From a virus (Duplodnaviria > Caudoviricetes), in IMG/VR virus record IMGVR_UViG_3300033061_000469, positions 6,590 through 70,589 of that record: 64,000 bases of DNA; one strand, 5' to 3'. Shown piece by piece: positions 26,801 to 35,697 of the stretch. Both the position numbers and the translations under genes were made by a program. The notes beneath the pieces were generated by a model that did no database searches, was not told the origin of the DNA, and worked only from the letters and a program-made list of their open reading frames with translations. How positions within the stretch are numbered: the stretch's first letter is position 1; every line of letters begins with the position of its first letter.

Positions 26801-26811
26801 AACCTAGTTAT

Positions 26812-27483
26812 TTATAGAAGAGAGTTTGCTACTGTTTCTAATTCTGCCCATGTTGGCTCTTTAATAGCAGACTTATCAAATGGTTTCATGTCTGCAATAA
26901 GTTTTTCAACCTCATCTGAATTAATATTCCAGTCTTCCATTAAATCACGTGGCTTAACTGAATTAATATGGTAAACAGTTGTTTGCATTTTACCTGTACG
27001 AGAAATTGCCCAATAATTTTTTGTTAGAGGCCCTTGTGGAGAAAAGTGAGCAGCATGTAAAGATTTAAAAAGTCTACTGCTAGCAATTAACATTTGTCGT
27101 TGTGGCCCGCCTGCAGCACTTAAATTAGCAATAGAAAATGCTTTTTTATCTTCTGGTCGACTACCAAGTTTTGTGCATAATGGATCGTTAGCGCCAAGTG
27201 AAACGTAAGAACGTTTACCTGTTGTTTTTTGTTGAAGAAAATGTTGTTTGTAAATAGCAAACGGACCATTTTGGTCAAGAAACTTAATAATTTGAAATTC
27301 TCCCTCATTGAATTTAAATTCAACTGGAAAATCTCCTGCAGATACTGTTAATTTTTCTGCTGCGTCCCAACCAGACTGGACTGCAGTAGATGATGATTGA
27401 ACTGGTCTTTCAGTAATTGATGTGTTTGTCATTGCGAACTCATCTTGTTCAGGTGAGATTTCGTCTGTTCTATTTATAGCCAT
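26812..27483 (-). CDS. single-stranded DNA-binding protein (gp32-like)
   Basis: KFLD..PFA.Y.QHF...DPLC..LG pattern. Located next to the DNA polymerase. Confidence 0.65.
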   Translation of the reverse strand: MAINRTDEISPEQDEFAMTNTSITERPVQSSSTAVQSGWDAAEKLTVSAGDFPVEFKFNEGEFQIIKFLDQNGPFAIYKQHFLQQKTTGKRSYVSLGANDPLCTKLGSRPEDKKAFSIANLSAAGGPQRQMLIASSRLFKSLHAAHFSPQGPLTKNYWAISRTGKMQTTVYHINSVKPRDLMEDWNINSDEVEKLIADMKPFDKSAIKEPTWAELETVANSLL

Positions 27484-27490
27484 ATTTCTC

Positions 27491-27964
27491 CTAGTTTATT
27501 TTGGTTTCGGTTGCTCGGATTTGACCCCAAGCCTCAGCAATCTCATTACTAAGTTGCTGGTGTAATCCCCACTCTATACGCTTTATATATAAAAGTCCAG
27601 CCCCATCAAATAACTCAATAAGTTTTTCTATCATGGCTTTAGAATATAATCTACGTCCTTGATGGTCTTCCCCCTTGTTATTTTTTGTAGTAGGAAGTCT
27701 ATAAGGTGAGGCTGGAATATATCCTTCTTTAATCCACGTACGAATAGTTATTACGGGTCGACCTAATGCGTTTGCAAGTGCGCCTATTGTAAACATCTCA
27801 ACATCTGTTCCGTTAGGAAGAGTTTTTTTATAAAACTTACTAGCCCACTCTTTGCCAGGAATTATCTCTGGTTTCTTTGGTTCTGGTTTTTTACGTTTCC
27901 GTTTACTCCCTGGGTAGTATTCTTCCAAGTCAGCAAACGTGGAGTCTATAAAGTCTTCAGCCAT
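27491..27964 (-). CDS. MerR-like HTH DNA-binding protein
   Basis: FTIGALANALGRPVITIRTWIKEGYIP...RRLYS. Confidence 0.75.
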   Translation of the reverse strand: MAEDFIDSTFADLEEYYPGSKRKRKKPEPKKPEIIPGKEWASKFYKKTLPNGTDVEMFTIGALANALGRPVITIRTWIKEGYIPASPYRLPTTKNNKGEDHQGRRLYSKAMIEKLIELFDGAGLLYIKRIEWGLHQQLSNEIAEAWGQIRATETKIN

Positions 27965-28377
27965 TAATCAGAGTCTTGTATATCCACCAAAAAAGCATAA
28001 GAAACTTTGGCTGGAAACATTGCATCAATATCGGCTTCAGTTAATTTTTCTTCGTAAAAAGCAGACATAATTGCTGCTTCGTCTAAAGTAGGAATCATCT
28101 TTATGCACTCATTTTTAATTCCATTTTTAATAAGAATTTCTTCAGCAACGTTAAGGTCTAAAGTCTTACTTACTCTTTTCTGACGTGTAAGTTTTATTTC
28201 ACCTTTAATGGAGTCAACCACAGTTAAAGTAATATGGCCTCTGTCATTTTCTTCTCCGTTTGATTCAACAACGGAAGATAGTCTTTCTTTTAATTCTGTT
28301 TGGCGCTTGGATAATAAAGCAATCTCATCTTTTAAACTAAGGTATTGTCTTACGGTACTACTTAAATTGATTTCCAC
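27964..28377 (-). CDS. hypothetical protein with N-terminal coiled coil
   Basis: GTG start with SD AAGGGG. Confidence 0.75.
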   Translation of the reverse strand: MEINLSSTVRQYLSLKDEIALLSKRQTELKERLSSVVESNGEENDRGHITLTVVDSIKGEIKLTRQKRVSKTLDLNVAEEILIKNGIKNECIKMIPTLDEAAIMSAFYEEKLTEADIDAMFPAKVSYAFLVDIQDSD

Positions 28378-28401
28378 ATTGTCCCCTTACAGTTAGGGAA
28401 A

Positions 28402-28430
28402 AACTTAATGGGTTATTGACTAATTGTCAA
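28402..28430 (-). promoter_or_regulatory. sigmaA-type promoter with palindromic operator over the -35 box
   Basis: TTGACA-N17-TAAGTT. TTGAC-N5-GTCAA inverted repeat at 28416-28430. Confidence 0.8.
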
Positions 28431-28575
28431 CTGGGGCGTGAATATAAGACTCAAGAGAGTTTATAATTACGCTAGTGACTGTTACCTGTTCTTTAGCAGC
28501 TTTTTTTTGAACAGAAATCCATAGGTCATCGGGTACTCGAATAGTGCGAGTTGGGGTTTTAGGCGCATTAGGCAT
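28420..28575 (-). CDS. ribbon-helix-helix DNA-binding protein (51 aa, not in ORF track)
   Basis: TPTRTIRVPDDLW....KA......TSVI...L..Y (Arc/CopG-like). TACAAT-N6-ATG upstream. Confidence 0.85.
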   Translation of the reverse strand: MPNAPKTPTRTIRVPDDLWISVQKKAAKEQVTVTSVIINSLESYIHAPVDN

Positions 28576-28590
28576 TACGCAATTGTAAGG

Positions 28591-28740
28591 CTATGCAACG
28601 TCTTTTGTAGGATATATACTTAAATATTTACCGCATTTTTGACAAATAACATACGTATTTCTTGTAAAAGGGCATGAAGAAATCTCATGAGATTTATGCC
28701 TACAGGCCCATAACCTAATTAAATTAATTATTTTATACAT
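28591..28740 (-). CDS. small Cys-rich protein (49 aa, not in ORF track)
   Basis: C.H...CP.....ICQKCG. Overlaps the helicase stop. Confidence 0.55.
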   Translation of the reverse strand: MYKIINLIRLWACRHKSHEISSCPFTRNTYVICQKCGKYLSIYPTKDVA

Positions 28741-30322
28741 TTGACCCCAATAAAAATTGCTTTAAGCTGTTAACGTTCATACTAATTCCTCCATTTTCAT
28801 TAATGCCTTCTCCGTCTATAACAGCATTCGCTAGTGCGTTCTTTTGTTGAAGCGCTTCATATTGACGCTCTTCAATAGAGCCAGCAATAATCAAATCTTG
28901 AATAACAATCGACGGCCATTGTGATGAGGCTCTTTTTATTCTTCCATTTCTTTGAACCGCCGAGCCTGACGACCACGGGAGGTCATAGTTGATAAGTAAG
29001 TTAGCTGCTGGAAGGTCCACGCCGTAGCCACCCGCATCACTACTAATGAGCACACGAATAGAAAAATCTGTATTAAATGCAACTTTGTTCTCCTCTTTTG
29101 TTTGAGCATCTAGTTTGCCTGAGTATAGTCTACATATAGTTGGTCCAAGTTCATTAGAGATCATGTCTAACATGTCGACGTAGGTAGCAAAAATAACTAC
29201 TTTGTTAGCCTCGTCTTGGTCTAAAAACTCTTTTACATATTGTACTAAATAGTCAAGTTTTTGAGAATTTGTTACCCCATCTAATAATCCGCTAGTTACT
29301 AAATCATACGCAAATGCTGAGCCTGTTCCATTAAGTTGTTGGAATTTTTTTGCACTTGTCTTAAGGAGTTCTGGGTGGGAACATAACATCTTAAGACAAC
29401 CGATTTTGGACATAATCTTGCCACGCATTTCGTCTTCTGGCCCTCCACGTTTAGATTCAATACCGTAGTGCGCCATAATGTTGAACGACGCGCCAAACAT
29501 ATTTTGTGCCTCATTGAGATCATTTAATAAGCTCTCCTTTATCTTGTCATACAGTTTGGATGTTTTACGGTCAGCCACAATTTTTACTGGATCTTTATGG
29601 ATTGAGTCGGGTAAGTACGGTGCTACATCTGGATCTTTCTGTGCTTTGCGCACGCAAGAATCTTGTAACTTTTTATGTAAGGTGTGCAAATTTCTATAGT
29701 GCTGAACCCCGCCCCAACTATTGCGAACTATAAACGCAGAATCAAAGATGTCAAACCTGCCAAGAACTGTAGGGTCAACAAATTGCATAATACTATAAAG
29801 TTCTTCTGGTTTACCATTTTCAATTGGCGTGCCAGTAAGAGCAAATCTAAACGGAGTGTTAATTAATTTTTTAACTGATTTAGATCGTTTAGATCTAAAA
29901 GACTTTATTGCTGTTGCTTCGTCAAGGACGACAAATCCTCGTGGGAGTTTTTGGATGTAACTCCAGTCGTTAACAACTTGCTCATAGTTAAGAATGATGT
30001 AGTCAATCCCTGACGTTCTCCAGTCACAAGCTTCTTCGTATTGTTTTCTTCTTTTAGTCGGGGTTCCATCCACGACCAAAGTGTTAGAAGTACCATTAGT
30101 AAATTTCTCAATCTGATTAGCCCATTGATATTTTAATGAGGATAAACAAATTATAAGCCCTGGTTCTTTAATCTTCTTCTCATCCATTAATCTTTCTAAA
30201 GCAGCTATGGTGATAACAGTTTTACCAAGGCCAAGGTCATAGGCTACCAATATAGCCCCTCGTTCACACATACGATCTACTGCCTCTGGTTGGTAAGGGA
30301 GGAGTGATCCAGTAAAACTCAC
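28733..30322 (-). CDS. SNF2-family helicase
   Basis: DLGLGKT, LDEAT, LTGTPIENG, SSDAGGYGVDL and QRNGRIKR. Confidence 0.93.
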   Translation of the reverse strand: MSFTGSLLPYQPEAVDRMCERGAILVAYDLGLGKTVITIAALERLMDEKKIKEPGLIICLSSLKYQWANQIEKFTNGTSNTLVVDGTPTKRRKQYEEACDWRTSGIDYIILNYEQVVNDWSYIQKLPRGFVVLDEATAIKSFRSKRSKSVKKLINTPFRFALTGTPIENGKPEELYSIMQFVDPTVLGRFDIFDSAFIVRNSWGGVQHYRNLHTLHKKLQDSCVRKAQKDPDVAPYLPDSIHKDPVKIVADRKTSKLYDKIKESLLNDLNEAQNMFGASFNIMAHYGIESKRGGPEDEMRGKIMSKIGCLKMLCSHPELLKTSAKKFQQLNGTGSAFAYDLVTSGLLDGVTNSQKLDYLVQYVKEFLDQDEANKVVIFATYVDMLDMISNELGPTICRLYSGKLDAQTKEENKVAFNTDFSIRVLISSDAGGYGVDLPAANLLINYDLPWSSGSAVQRNGRIKRASSQWPSIVIQDLIIAGSIEERQYEALQQKNALANAVIDGEGINENGGISMNVNSLKQFLLGSNV

Positions 30323-31248
30323 CTTAATGCCTTGCTTCCATGAATAATATGTTTAGCGTTCTCTAAACCAAATGTAATCTCTGACAGGCTCATACCACCT
30401 ACATCTTTTACATCAATGTCTCCGTAGTTAAAGAACCAAGCCTCAATTCCCATAGCCTTACATATAGAAAGAACATCAGATGAAGAGTTCTTGCCAGCGG
30501 CGTCATTGTCTAACGCAAATACAATTCTAGAAGCAGATCTAATTAAGTTAAGTTGAGTAGTAGACACTGATGCTCCATAGGTAGATACCCCACCTAAGAT
30601 ACCTAAAGAAGCAAGGCGTACAGTATCTAACGGAGACTCAACAACAATCATGTTTCCACCTAAATATTGGTTGTACCCAAATAAAGCTTTACTTTTAGTT
30701 ACGCCGACTGGATAGTTATTAAAGTATCTAGTCTTATGGCCTTTTTCTTGCCAACCTAATAGTTTATTAGTGTAAGGGTCTTTAATAGGAATTATCCAAG
30801 TTCCTTTTAATCTGTCCCACCGCACATCGTATAACTCTGTTGCTTTAACGGTAAGTCCTCGATCTTTTAGCGCAAACTCTGGAGGAGTTACGTAAGCATC
30901 TAACATAGAATCGGTAATGTAAGTTGGAGATTCTACAGGTTCTTTTTTTTGTGTGTTTAGTTTTTCAAATTTAATAATTAAGTCTGAGTCAGCATCAATC
31001 CATTTTTTAGCGTCCTCAAAATCAATACCTTGAACATAACTTATTAATGAATACAAACTTCCTTTAAATTGACAAGAAAAACATATATGTGCTCCTGTTT
31101 CTGAGTTAATCCACCATGAGGGGTTTCTATCTACATGACCAGTACGTTGTAAATGTGCAGGACAGTAACCTTGAATTTCATCTCCACGTGTAGATACAAC
31201 CTCAATTCCAAGTTTGAATAACGTGTTTTCCATATTGTCTATTGTCAT
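30319..31248 (-). CDS. DNA primase (CHC2 zinc finger + TOPRIM)
   Basis: CPAH...HICFSC, VVESPLD and LDND.AG. Confidence 0.93.
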   Translation of the reverse strand: MTIDNMENTLFKLGIEVVSTRGDEIQGYCPAHLQRTGHVDRNPSWWINSETGAHICFSCQFKGSLYSLISYVQGIDFEDAKKWIDADSDLIIKFEKLNTQKKEPVESPTYITDSMLDAYVTPPEFALKDRGLTVKATELYDVRWDRLKGTWIIPIKDPYTNKLLGWQEKGHKTRYFNNYPVGVTKSKALFGYNQYLGGNMIVVESPLDTVRLASLGILGGVSTYGASVSTTQLNLIRSASRIVFALDNDAAGKNSSSDVLSICKAMGIEAWFFNYGDIDVKDVGGMSLSEITFGLENAKHIIHGSKALR

Positions 31249-32471
31249 AAATCTTCTGTTGTTATTTCTCTAAACTGTCCTGTATTCCAATCCCACACTA
31301 AAGACACGTCACTAAGACCGCCGTTACGACTTGCAATAACACGCAGTAACCTAGTGTCGTCTACAGCTTCATCTTCGCGCTGTAAACCAAAAATAACATC
31401 TGCGTCTTGATGAAAAGAAGAAGAATAACCAATAGAATCCGCTGTAACTTGTCCTTTTTTCATTTTCCAACTTAAAGCTTGTGTAGATATTACTATTGGT
31501 TTATTTACTTTTTGAGCTAATCTTTTTAATGAACGAGTAATATTAGTAAGTGCTTGCGGGGTGTTAGCCTCACCCGTTTGCTCGTCAATCATTAAATACG
31601 TGCCGTCAATAAAAACAATATCGGGGTTTTTATTTTGAATTTTACTAGCAACACCACTTACGGTTTGGCCCCCTGAGGAATCAACAAACCAAAATTTATC
31701 TCTATAATTTGGAAGACTATCTACAATTCTATAATAAGTTTTTTCTTCGTCTGGGGTAAGAGTTCCAGTCATTAATCTTCTATGAGACACCCGAGATCTC
31801 ATTGCGTAATAACGACTTACTTGCTCTGAGTTACTCATTTCAAATGAGTAAAACATTGGTGTGTGGCCTTGTAGTTGCGCGTTTATAGCAATTTGTAAAG
31901 CTAAAGTAGATTTACCAGTTTTTGGGGGAGCAACAATTACAATTAATTGTCCTTTTTGTAAACCAGAAGTTGCAACGTCCATTGTTGGAAATCCTGTTGG
32001 AATACCAAGTAAACCAGGATTATTTTTGCGAAATTCATATTGTTCTTTAGCCGTTTTAGCAGCTTGAGTAATTTCTAAATCATTAGTTTGGTTTAGTCCT
32101 TCTTCTTCAATTTTAAGAAGACCACGCTCAAGTAAAAGTTTTGCATCTTCGTGGTTTTGCTTTTTGTCTATTGCATCAATTGCCTGACCTAAAGTAGTAA
32201 TAATTAATGCTTTACGACGCGCAATAACTAAACAATCTAATAAATACTCAATACTGTCTTCTACTTTAATTAATTGATATGTAGGAAAATTTTCTGTAAC
32301 TACGTCAAGACTTGGTGATTCTTGATATTTAGTAAAATGGTTACGTAAAAAATTAAATACTTTTTTATCGGTAGCATCGGAAAACCAAGACTCATTAATA
32401 TTTTTTTCTAAAATAACATTAACATTGCGGTTTTCTACTATTTTACTTATTAACTTTGTTTCGTTATTCAT
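31245..32471 (-). CDS. dnaB: DnaB-like replicative helicase
   Basis: GIPTGF, APPKTGKS, FIDG.YL, QDAD, SRNG. No intein. Confidence 0.95.
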   Translation of the reverse strand: MNNETKLISKIVENRNVNVILEKNINESWFSDATDKKVFNFLRNHFTKYQESPSLDVVTENFPTYQLIKVEDSIEYLLDCLVIARRKALIITTLGQAIDAIDKKQNHEDAKLLLERGLLKIEEEGLNQTNDLEITQAAKTAKEQYEFRKNNPGLLGIPTGFPTMDVATSGLQKGQLIVIVAPPKTGKSTLALQIAINAQLQGHTPMFYSFEMSNSEQVSRYYAMRSRVSHRRLMTGTLTPDEEKTYYRIVDSLPNYRDKFWFVDSSGGQTVSGVASKIQNKNPDIVFIDGTYLMIDEQTGEANTPQALTNITRSLKRLAQKVNKPIVISTQALSWKMKKGQVTADSIGYSSSFHQDADVIFGLQREDEAVDDTRLLRVIASRNGGLSDVSLVWDWNTGQFREITTEDL

Positions 32472-32875
32472 AATCTATTGAACTCCAATCCCCAACTTCC
32501 GTATCTTAATAGGTTTTTTGGTGCATCTACAACCCCAAGTACTTCTGGTCTGTAAGGTAGTTCAGAAACCAGTTGGCTTATTGAAGAGTAAGAAGTAAAG
32601 TATCTAAACGGATTGGTGCCCATATTGTCAAGCATGTCAGTCAATAATGTTAATTTTTCCTCAGACATGTCAAACGACACTGCCTCTAATGTTACTCCTT
32701 TATTAATTGTAACCATGTAAAGTCGACTAAGGATATCTCTTTTTAATTTTCTATCTATTTTTGGAACAGGAAATAAATTAAAACGTTTTTTAACGGTAAG
32801 CTCAACGTTTAAGAAAACATCTGTTGTTACAAGTATTCTCTTAGGGAGTTCATTACTTATGTCCCCTTTAAGCAT
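32468..32875 (-). CDS. hypothetical protein
   Basis: 135 aa, coupled to neighbours. Confidence 0.75.
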   Translation of the reverse strand: MLKGDISNELPKRILVTTDVFLNVELTVKKRFNLFPVPKIDRKLKRDILSRLYMVTINKGVTLEAVSFDMSEEKLTLLTDMLDNMGTNPFRYFTSYSSISQLVSELPYRPEVLGVVDAPKNLLRYGSWGLEFNRL

Positions 32876-33184
32876 TTAAAAAACCTCTATTTTTCCAAAC
32901 TTTATAATAAACTCCCTAAAGTTTTCGTTGGAACGTTTTGCTTTTGTAGCATCTTCTTGGGTAGCTCTACTTGAAATTTCTAAAGGATAGTTACCATTAT
33001 TTCCATCTATTCTTGCTTTTACAAATTTAACATGCTTACATGTTTTACGTCCTTTATACCCTGGACATGTACAAAATAAAGTACCAATATCATTAGCAGA
33101 TACTTCATAAATACCTGGACCAGGCGTATTAGTTTGACTTAAAAATACTTGTACTAATTTAATGTCATTCACACTTGGCCTCAT
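32876..33184 (-). CDS. SWIM zinc-finger protein
   Basis: CTCPG.....CKH. Confidence 0.85.
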   Translation of the reverse strand: MRPSVNDIKLVQVFLSQTNTPGPGIYEVSANDIGTLFCTCPGYKGRKTCKHVKFVKARIDGNNGNYPLEISSRATQEDATKAKRSNENFREFIIKFGKIEVF

Positions 33185-33870
33185 TTGCGCAGGTCTCCTT
33201 TTGCGGACGTAATAGGGATATAAGTAAAAGCTTCATTAATAAAACTTTCTGTAGCGTCACCGTATAAGCCTGCCCAATCTTTTTTTTGAACGTTTGTTGT
33301 GATGATTGTAGGCAATCCATTGTTAAATCGGGTGCGCAACACGTGATGAAGTACATTTTTTTGCCACCCAGATAAACTGGCGTGTTCTTTGCCAATATCA
33401 TCTATTATTAAAATACGTATATTGTAAGCGTCGTTTTTGCATTCCCCAAGTATACCTTGATGAATAACCTCTTGATCTTCTGTAGCCCCATCTATAGTGG
33501 CGCCTTTTAAGTCTAATACGTCATTAAACGTCATAAAATAACAAGGACGAATTAAAGTTGCTCCTTCTTTTACATCAAAATCCTGTAATAAAAAGTCTGA
33601 CATAGCAGTTTGAATAACAGAAAGAGCCAATGTTGTTTTACCGTGACCTGGGGTCCCCCAAAACATTAAACCCTTACCGCAAGTTAATTTTCCATTTGCT
33701 CTAATAATGTTATTAGACTTAATTAGCTTAAGCCACCCTTTAATATCATTAAGTGCTTGAGGGTCAACCTCAGTACAATCTTCTAATAACCAACCAGTAC
33801 GAGCATTAGGTATATTTGCCATTTGTACCCAAGAACGCCTGCGAACTTTTAAATCATTAAGTTTAAACAT
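33181..33870 (-). CDS. DnaC/IstB-like AAA+ helicase loader (start revised to MFKLND)
   Basis: GTPGHGKT, IIDDIGKE, R...GLPTIITTN. Confidence 0.9.
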   Translation of the reverse strand: MFKLNDLKVRRRSWVQMANIPNARTGWLLEDCTEVDPQALNDIKGWLKLIKSNNIIRANGKLTCGKGLMFWGTPGHGKTTLALSVIQTAMSDFLLQDFDVKEGATLIRPCYFMTFNDVLDLKGATIDGATEDQEVIHQGILGECKNDAYNIRILIIDDIGKEHASLSGWQKNVLHHVLRTRFNNGLPTIITTNVQKKDWAGLYGDATESFINEAFTYIPITSAKGDLRK

Positions 33871-34690
33871 TTCGTAGCCATTCTCGTCCAGATTGAGATT
33901 CTTCTTTAATAGTTTCAATTTCGTCTGGCGTAACCATAGTCCGCTTAGCCTCAACCAGCAAGTTACCAAACTGTAATATAAATCTTTTCCAAACAATCTC
34001 TGGATCAGTAATTGACTTGTTGTGGTTAATCTGCATAAAGTACAAATCAATCATGACTTTTTCAATGTCACCTGTAGTCCCGTACTCTTTGCGTTTATCT
34101 GCTAGTGCGTAAATAAATCTGCTTCGGGTAACTTGCCAAGGTTTAATGTGCATAAGGTTAAAAACTCGCTCAGCAAACTCAAAACCTATATCGGTAGGCG
34201 ACCATGCTGAAGTATTGTTGGGATTTCTACGCTGCATACGCTGTTCCTTGTGGCGTTTTTCTTTCATCTCAATTTTCTCTTTATGTTTTCTAACCTGATC
34301 CTTACGGCGTTCTTCAATAATATCTTCTTCGTAGAAATCCACAGTTCTTCCAATCTGTATAACGTTTGTGAAGTCTTCACTCGGTTCCCGAGTGGATTCG
34401 GTTTGCTTTATAGCTAAATTAGCATATATGTTTATATTGCTATTTAGCCTAGATAGCAGTATCGATGTACGGCTTTCCAGGAACTGAAAACCCGTACTTG
34501 AAACTCTTAATACCTTAAGGCCTCGCCCATAACTTATTGTTTCTACGTATCCTAATTTACGTAATTCGTTAATAGCGGTTTGTACAGCGTCTCTACCTTC
34601 ACCTAAAACGGCAGAAAGGCCTTTAGCGGCCCCGTGGTCTGGGTTTAGGGCTAATTCCTCTAGTACCCCTATAGCACGTGCTGTAATCAC
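33863..34690 (-). CDS. putative replication initiator (N-terminal wHTH)
   Basis: LSAVLGEGRDAVQTAINELRKLGYV wHTH, directly upstream of the DnaC-like loader. Confidence 0.65.
   Translation of the reverse strand: MITARAIGVLEELALNPDHGAAKGLSAVLGEGRDAVQTAINELRKLGYVETISYGRGLKVLRVSSTGFQFLESRTSILLSRLNSNINIYANLAIKQTESTREPSEDFTNVIQIGRTVDFYEEDIIEERRKDQVRKHKEKIEMKEKRHKEQRMQRRNPNNTSAWSPTDIGFEFAERVFNLMHIKPWQVTRSRFIYALADKRKEYGTTGDIEKVMIDLYFMQINHNKSITDPEIVWKRFILQFGNLLVEAKRTMVTPDEIETIKEESQSGREWLRNV
34405..34457. repeat. four quasi-palindromic GCTA-N2/3-TAGC repeats around an AT-rich spacer (candidate origin)
   Basis: GCTTTATAGC, GCTAAATTAGC, then ATATATGTTTATATT, then GCTATTTAGC, CCTAGATAGC. Confidence 0.45.
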
Positions 34691-35367
34691 GCCTTAGGGG
34701 CCTTTAAAGACGATTTAGAGGCCTTCTCAACCTCTTCTACGATTGCTTTCGCGACCGCTTTAACAAACGCTTGGACACCGTAATAGAGATCATCTGAGAC
34801 CTCTTCTTCTTCTTCATATTCTTCTTCATCTTCACTTTCTTCGCTATCTTCTTCACTCTCTTCTTCTTTGGCATTAACAATTTCCTTTATGTTTAATTTT
34901 AATTCTTCTTGCTTGGGAATAGTTGGGGTTTCTACTTTAGGGACATCACCCTCAGATTTAATAATATTTAAACCGTCCGTTAAATCGTAAGCTTTAACGT
35001 TTAACTCATTGCAGGACCCAATAGCAGTTTGACAATCGGTATCTTCGTCATTCCATAAAATAAATACTGATGACTTTTCTTTTGATATAAATTTAATAGC
35101 GGCCTCAATTGGTTTATTTTCTGTAGTAGTACTGGCGCTATCAAGGCCATCAAATTTTGCAGTTTCAGACGCAAAAATAAAAACCTCTTTATTTTTTTCT
35201 TTTGCCAATTGTGATGCAAATACTTGACCTTGACTTGGTCTTTCATTAAACGCAAGTACAAGTATTCCATTGTTTCCATTAGCGTAATAATGGTCTTCCA
35301 TTAGGGCTTCTAAATTTGCACGGCTGGTTTGACCTTTACCAACTACTAGCACATAATATTTGTCCAT
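34687..35367 (-). CDS. hypothetical protein, Rossmannoid N-terminus and acidic C-terminal tract
   Basis: 226 aa, strong SD GGAGG, E-rich stretch EEESEEDSEESEDEEEYEEEEE. Confidence 0.75.
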   Translation of the reverse strand: MDKYYVLVVGKGQTSRANLEALMEDHYYANGNNGILVLAFNERPSQGQVFASQLAKEKNKEVFIFASETAKFDGLDSASTTTENKPIEAAIKFISKEKSSVFILWNDEDTDCQTAIGSCNELNVKAYDLTDGLNIIKSEGDVPKVETPTIPKQEELKLNIKEIVNAKEEESEEDSEESEDEEEYEEEEEVSDDLYYGVQAFVKAVAKAIVEEVEKASKSSLKAPKA

Positions 35368-35368
35368 A

Positions 35369-35419
35369 AGACCTCCTGTTAGGGGAGGCCTAGACTATCA
35401 CTAAGTTTTTTATTGTCTA
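35369..35419 (-). promoter_or_regulatory. extended -10 promoter followed by SD-occluding hairpin
   Basis: TAGACA..TG-A-TAGTCT, then AGGCCTCC-CCTAACA-GGAGGTCT. Confidence 0.65.
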
Positions 35420-35685
35420 ACTGAATTGTTATTTGGGCGAAAATAGGCGAGTCTTTCAACAATAGCCAGTAAAGAACTACCTAAGAAAGCGCACCCTACA
35501 GTCTTTAGTATCAAGTCTTTCCAGTCTGTCCACCCTGTTAACAAGGTACCTACTAAAGAAAAAGTTAAAGATAGAGTAGCGTTTACAAATAAAAGGCTAA
35601 CTATCAAAGATAAAAAAGATATTAACGGCTCAAGTGCAGCTAAAAAGAAAGCAGTAAACATCCCTACAAGTAATATATCAACCAT
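35410..35685 (-). CDS. membrane protein (about 3 TM, holin-like size)
   Basis: Hydrophobic helices and polar C-terminus. TACTAT-N6-ATG upstream. Confidence 0.65.
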   Translation of the reverse strand: MVDILLVGMFTAFFLAALEPLISFLSLIVSLLFVNATLSLTFSLVGTLLTGWTDWKDLILKTVGCAFLGSSLLAIVERLAYFRPNNNSVRQ

Positions 35686-35697
35686 GGAAGAATAGTA

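Noticed and set aside
5972-32471. Inteins or introns in nrdJ, recA, polA, dnaB
   Set aside because: The proteins are normal length with contiguous motifs. No C/S...HN insertions or frame breaks.
33870-34050. N-terminal 60 aa of the ORF-track DnaC-like protein
   Set aside because: It overlaps the initiator gene in another frame. The ATG at 33870 overlapping the initiator stop is the more plausible start.
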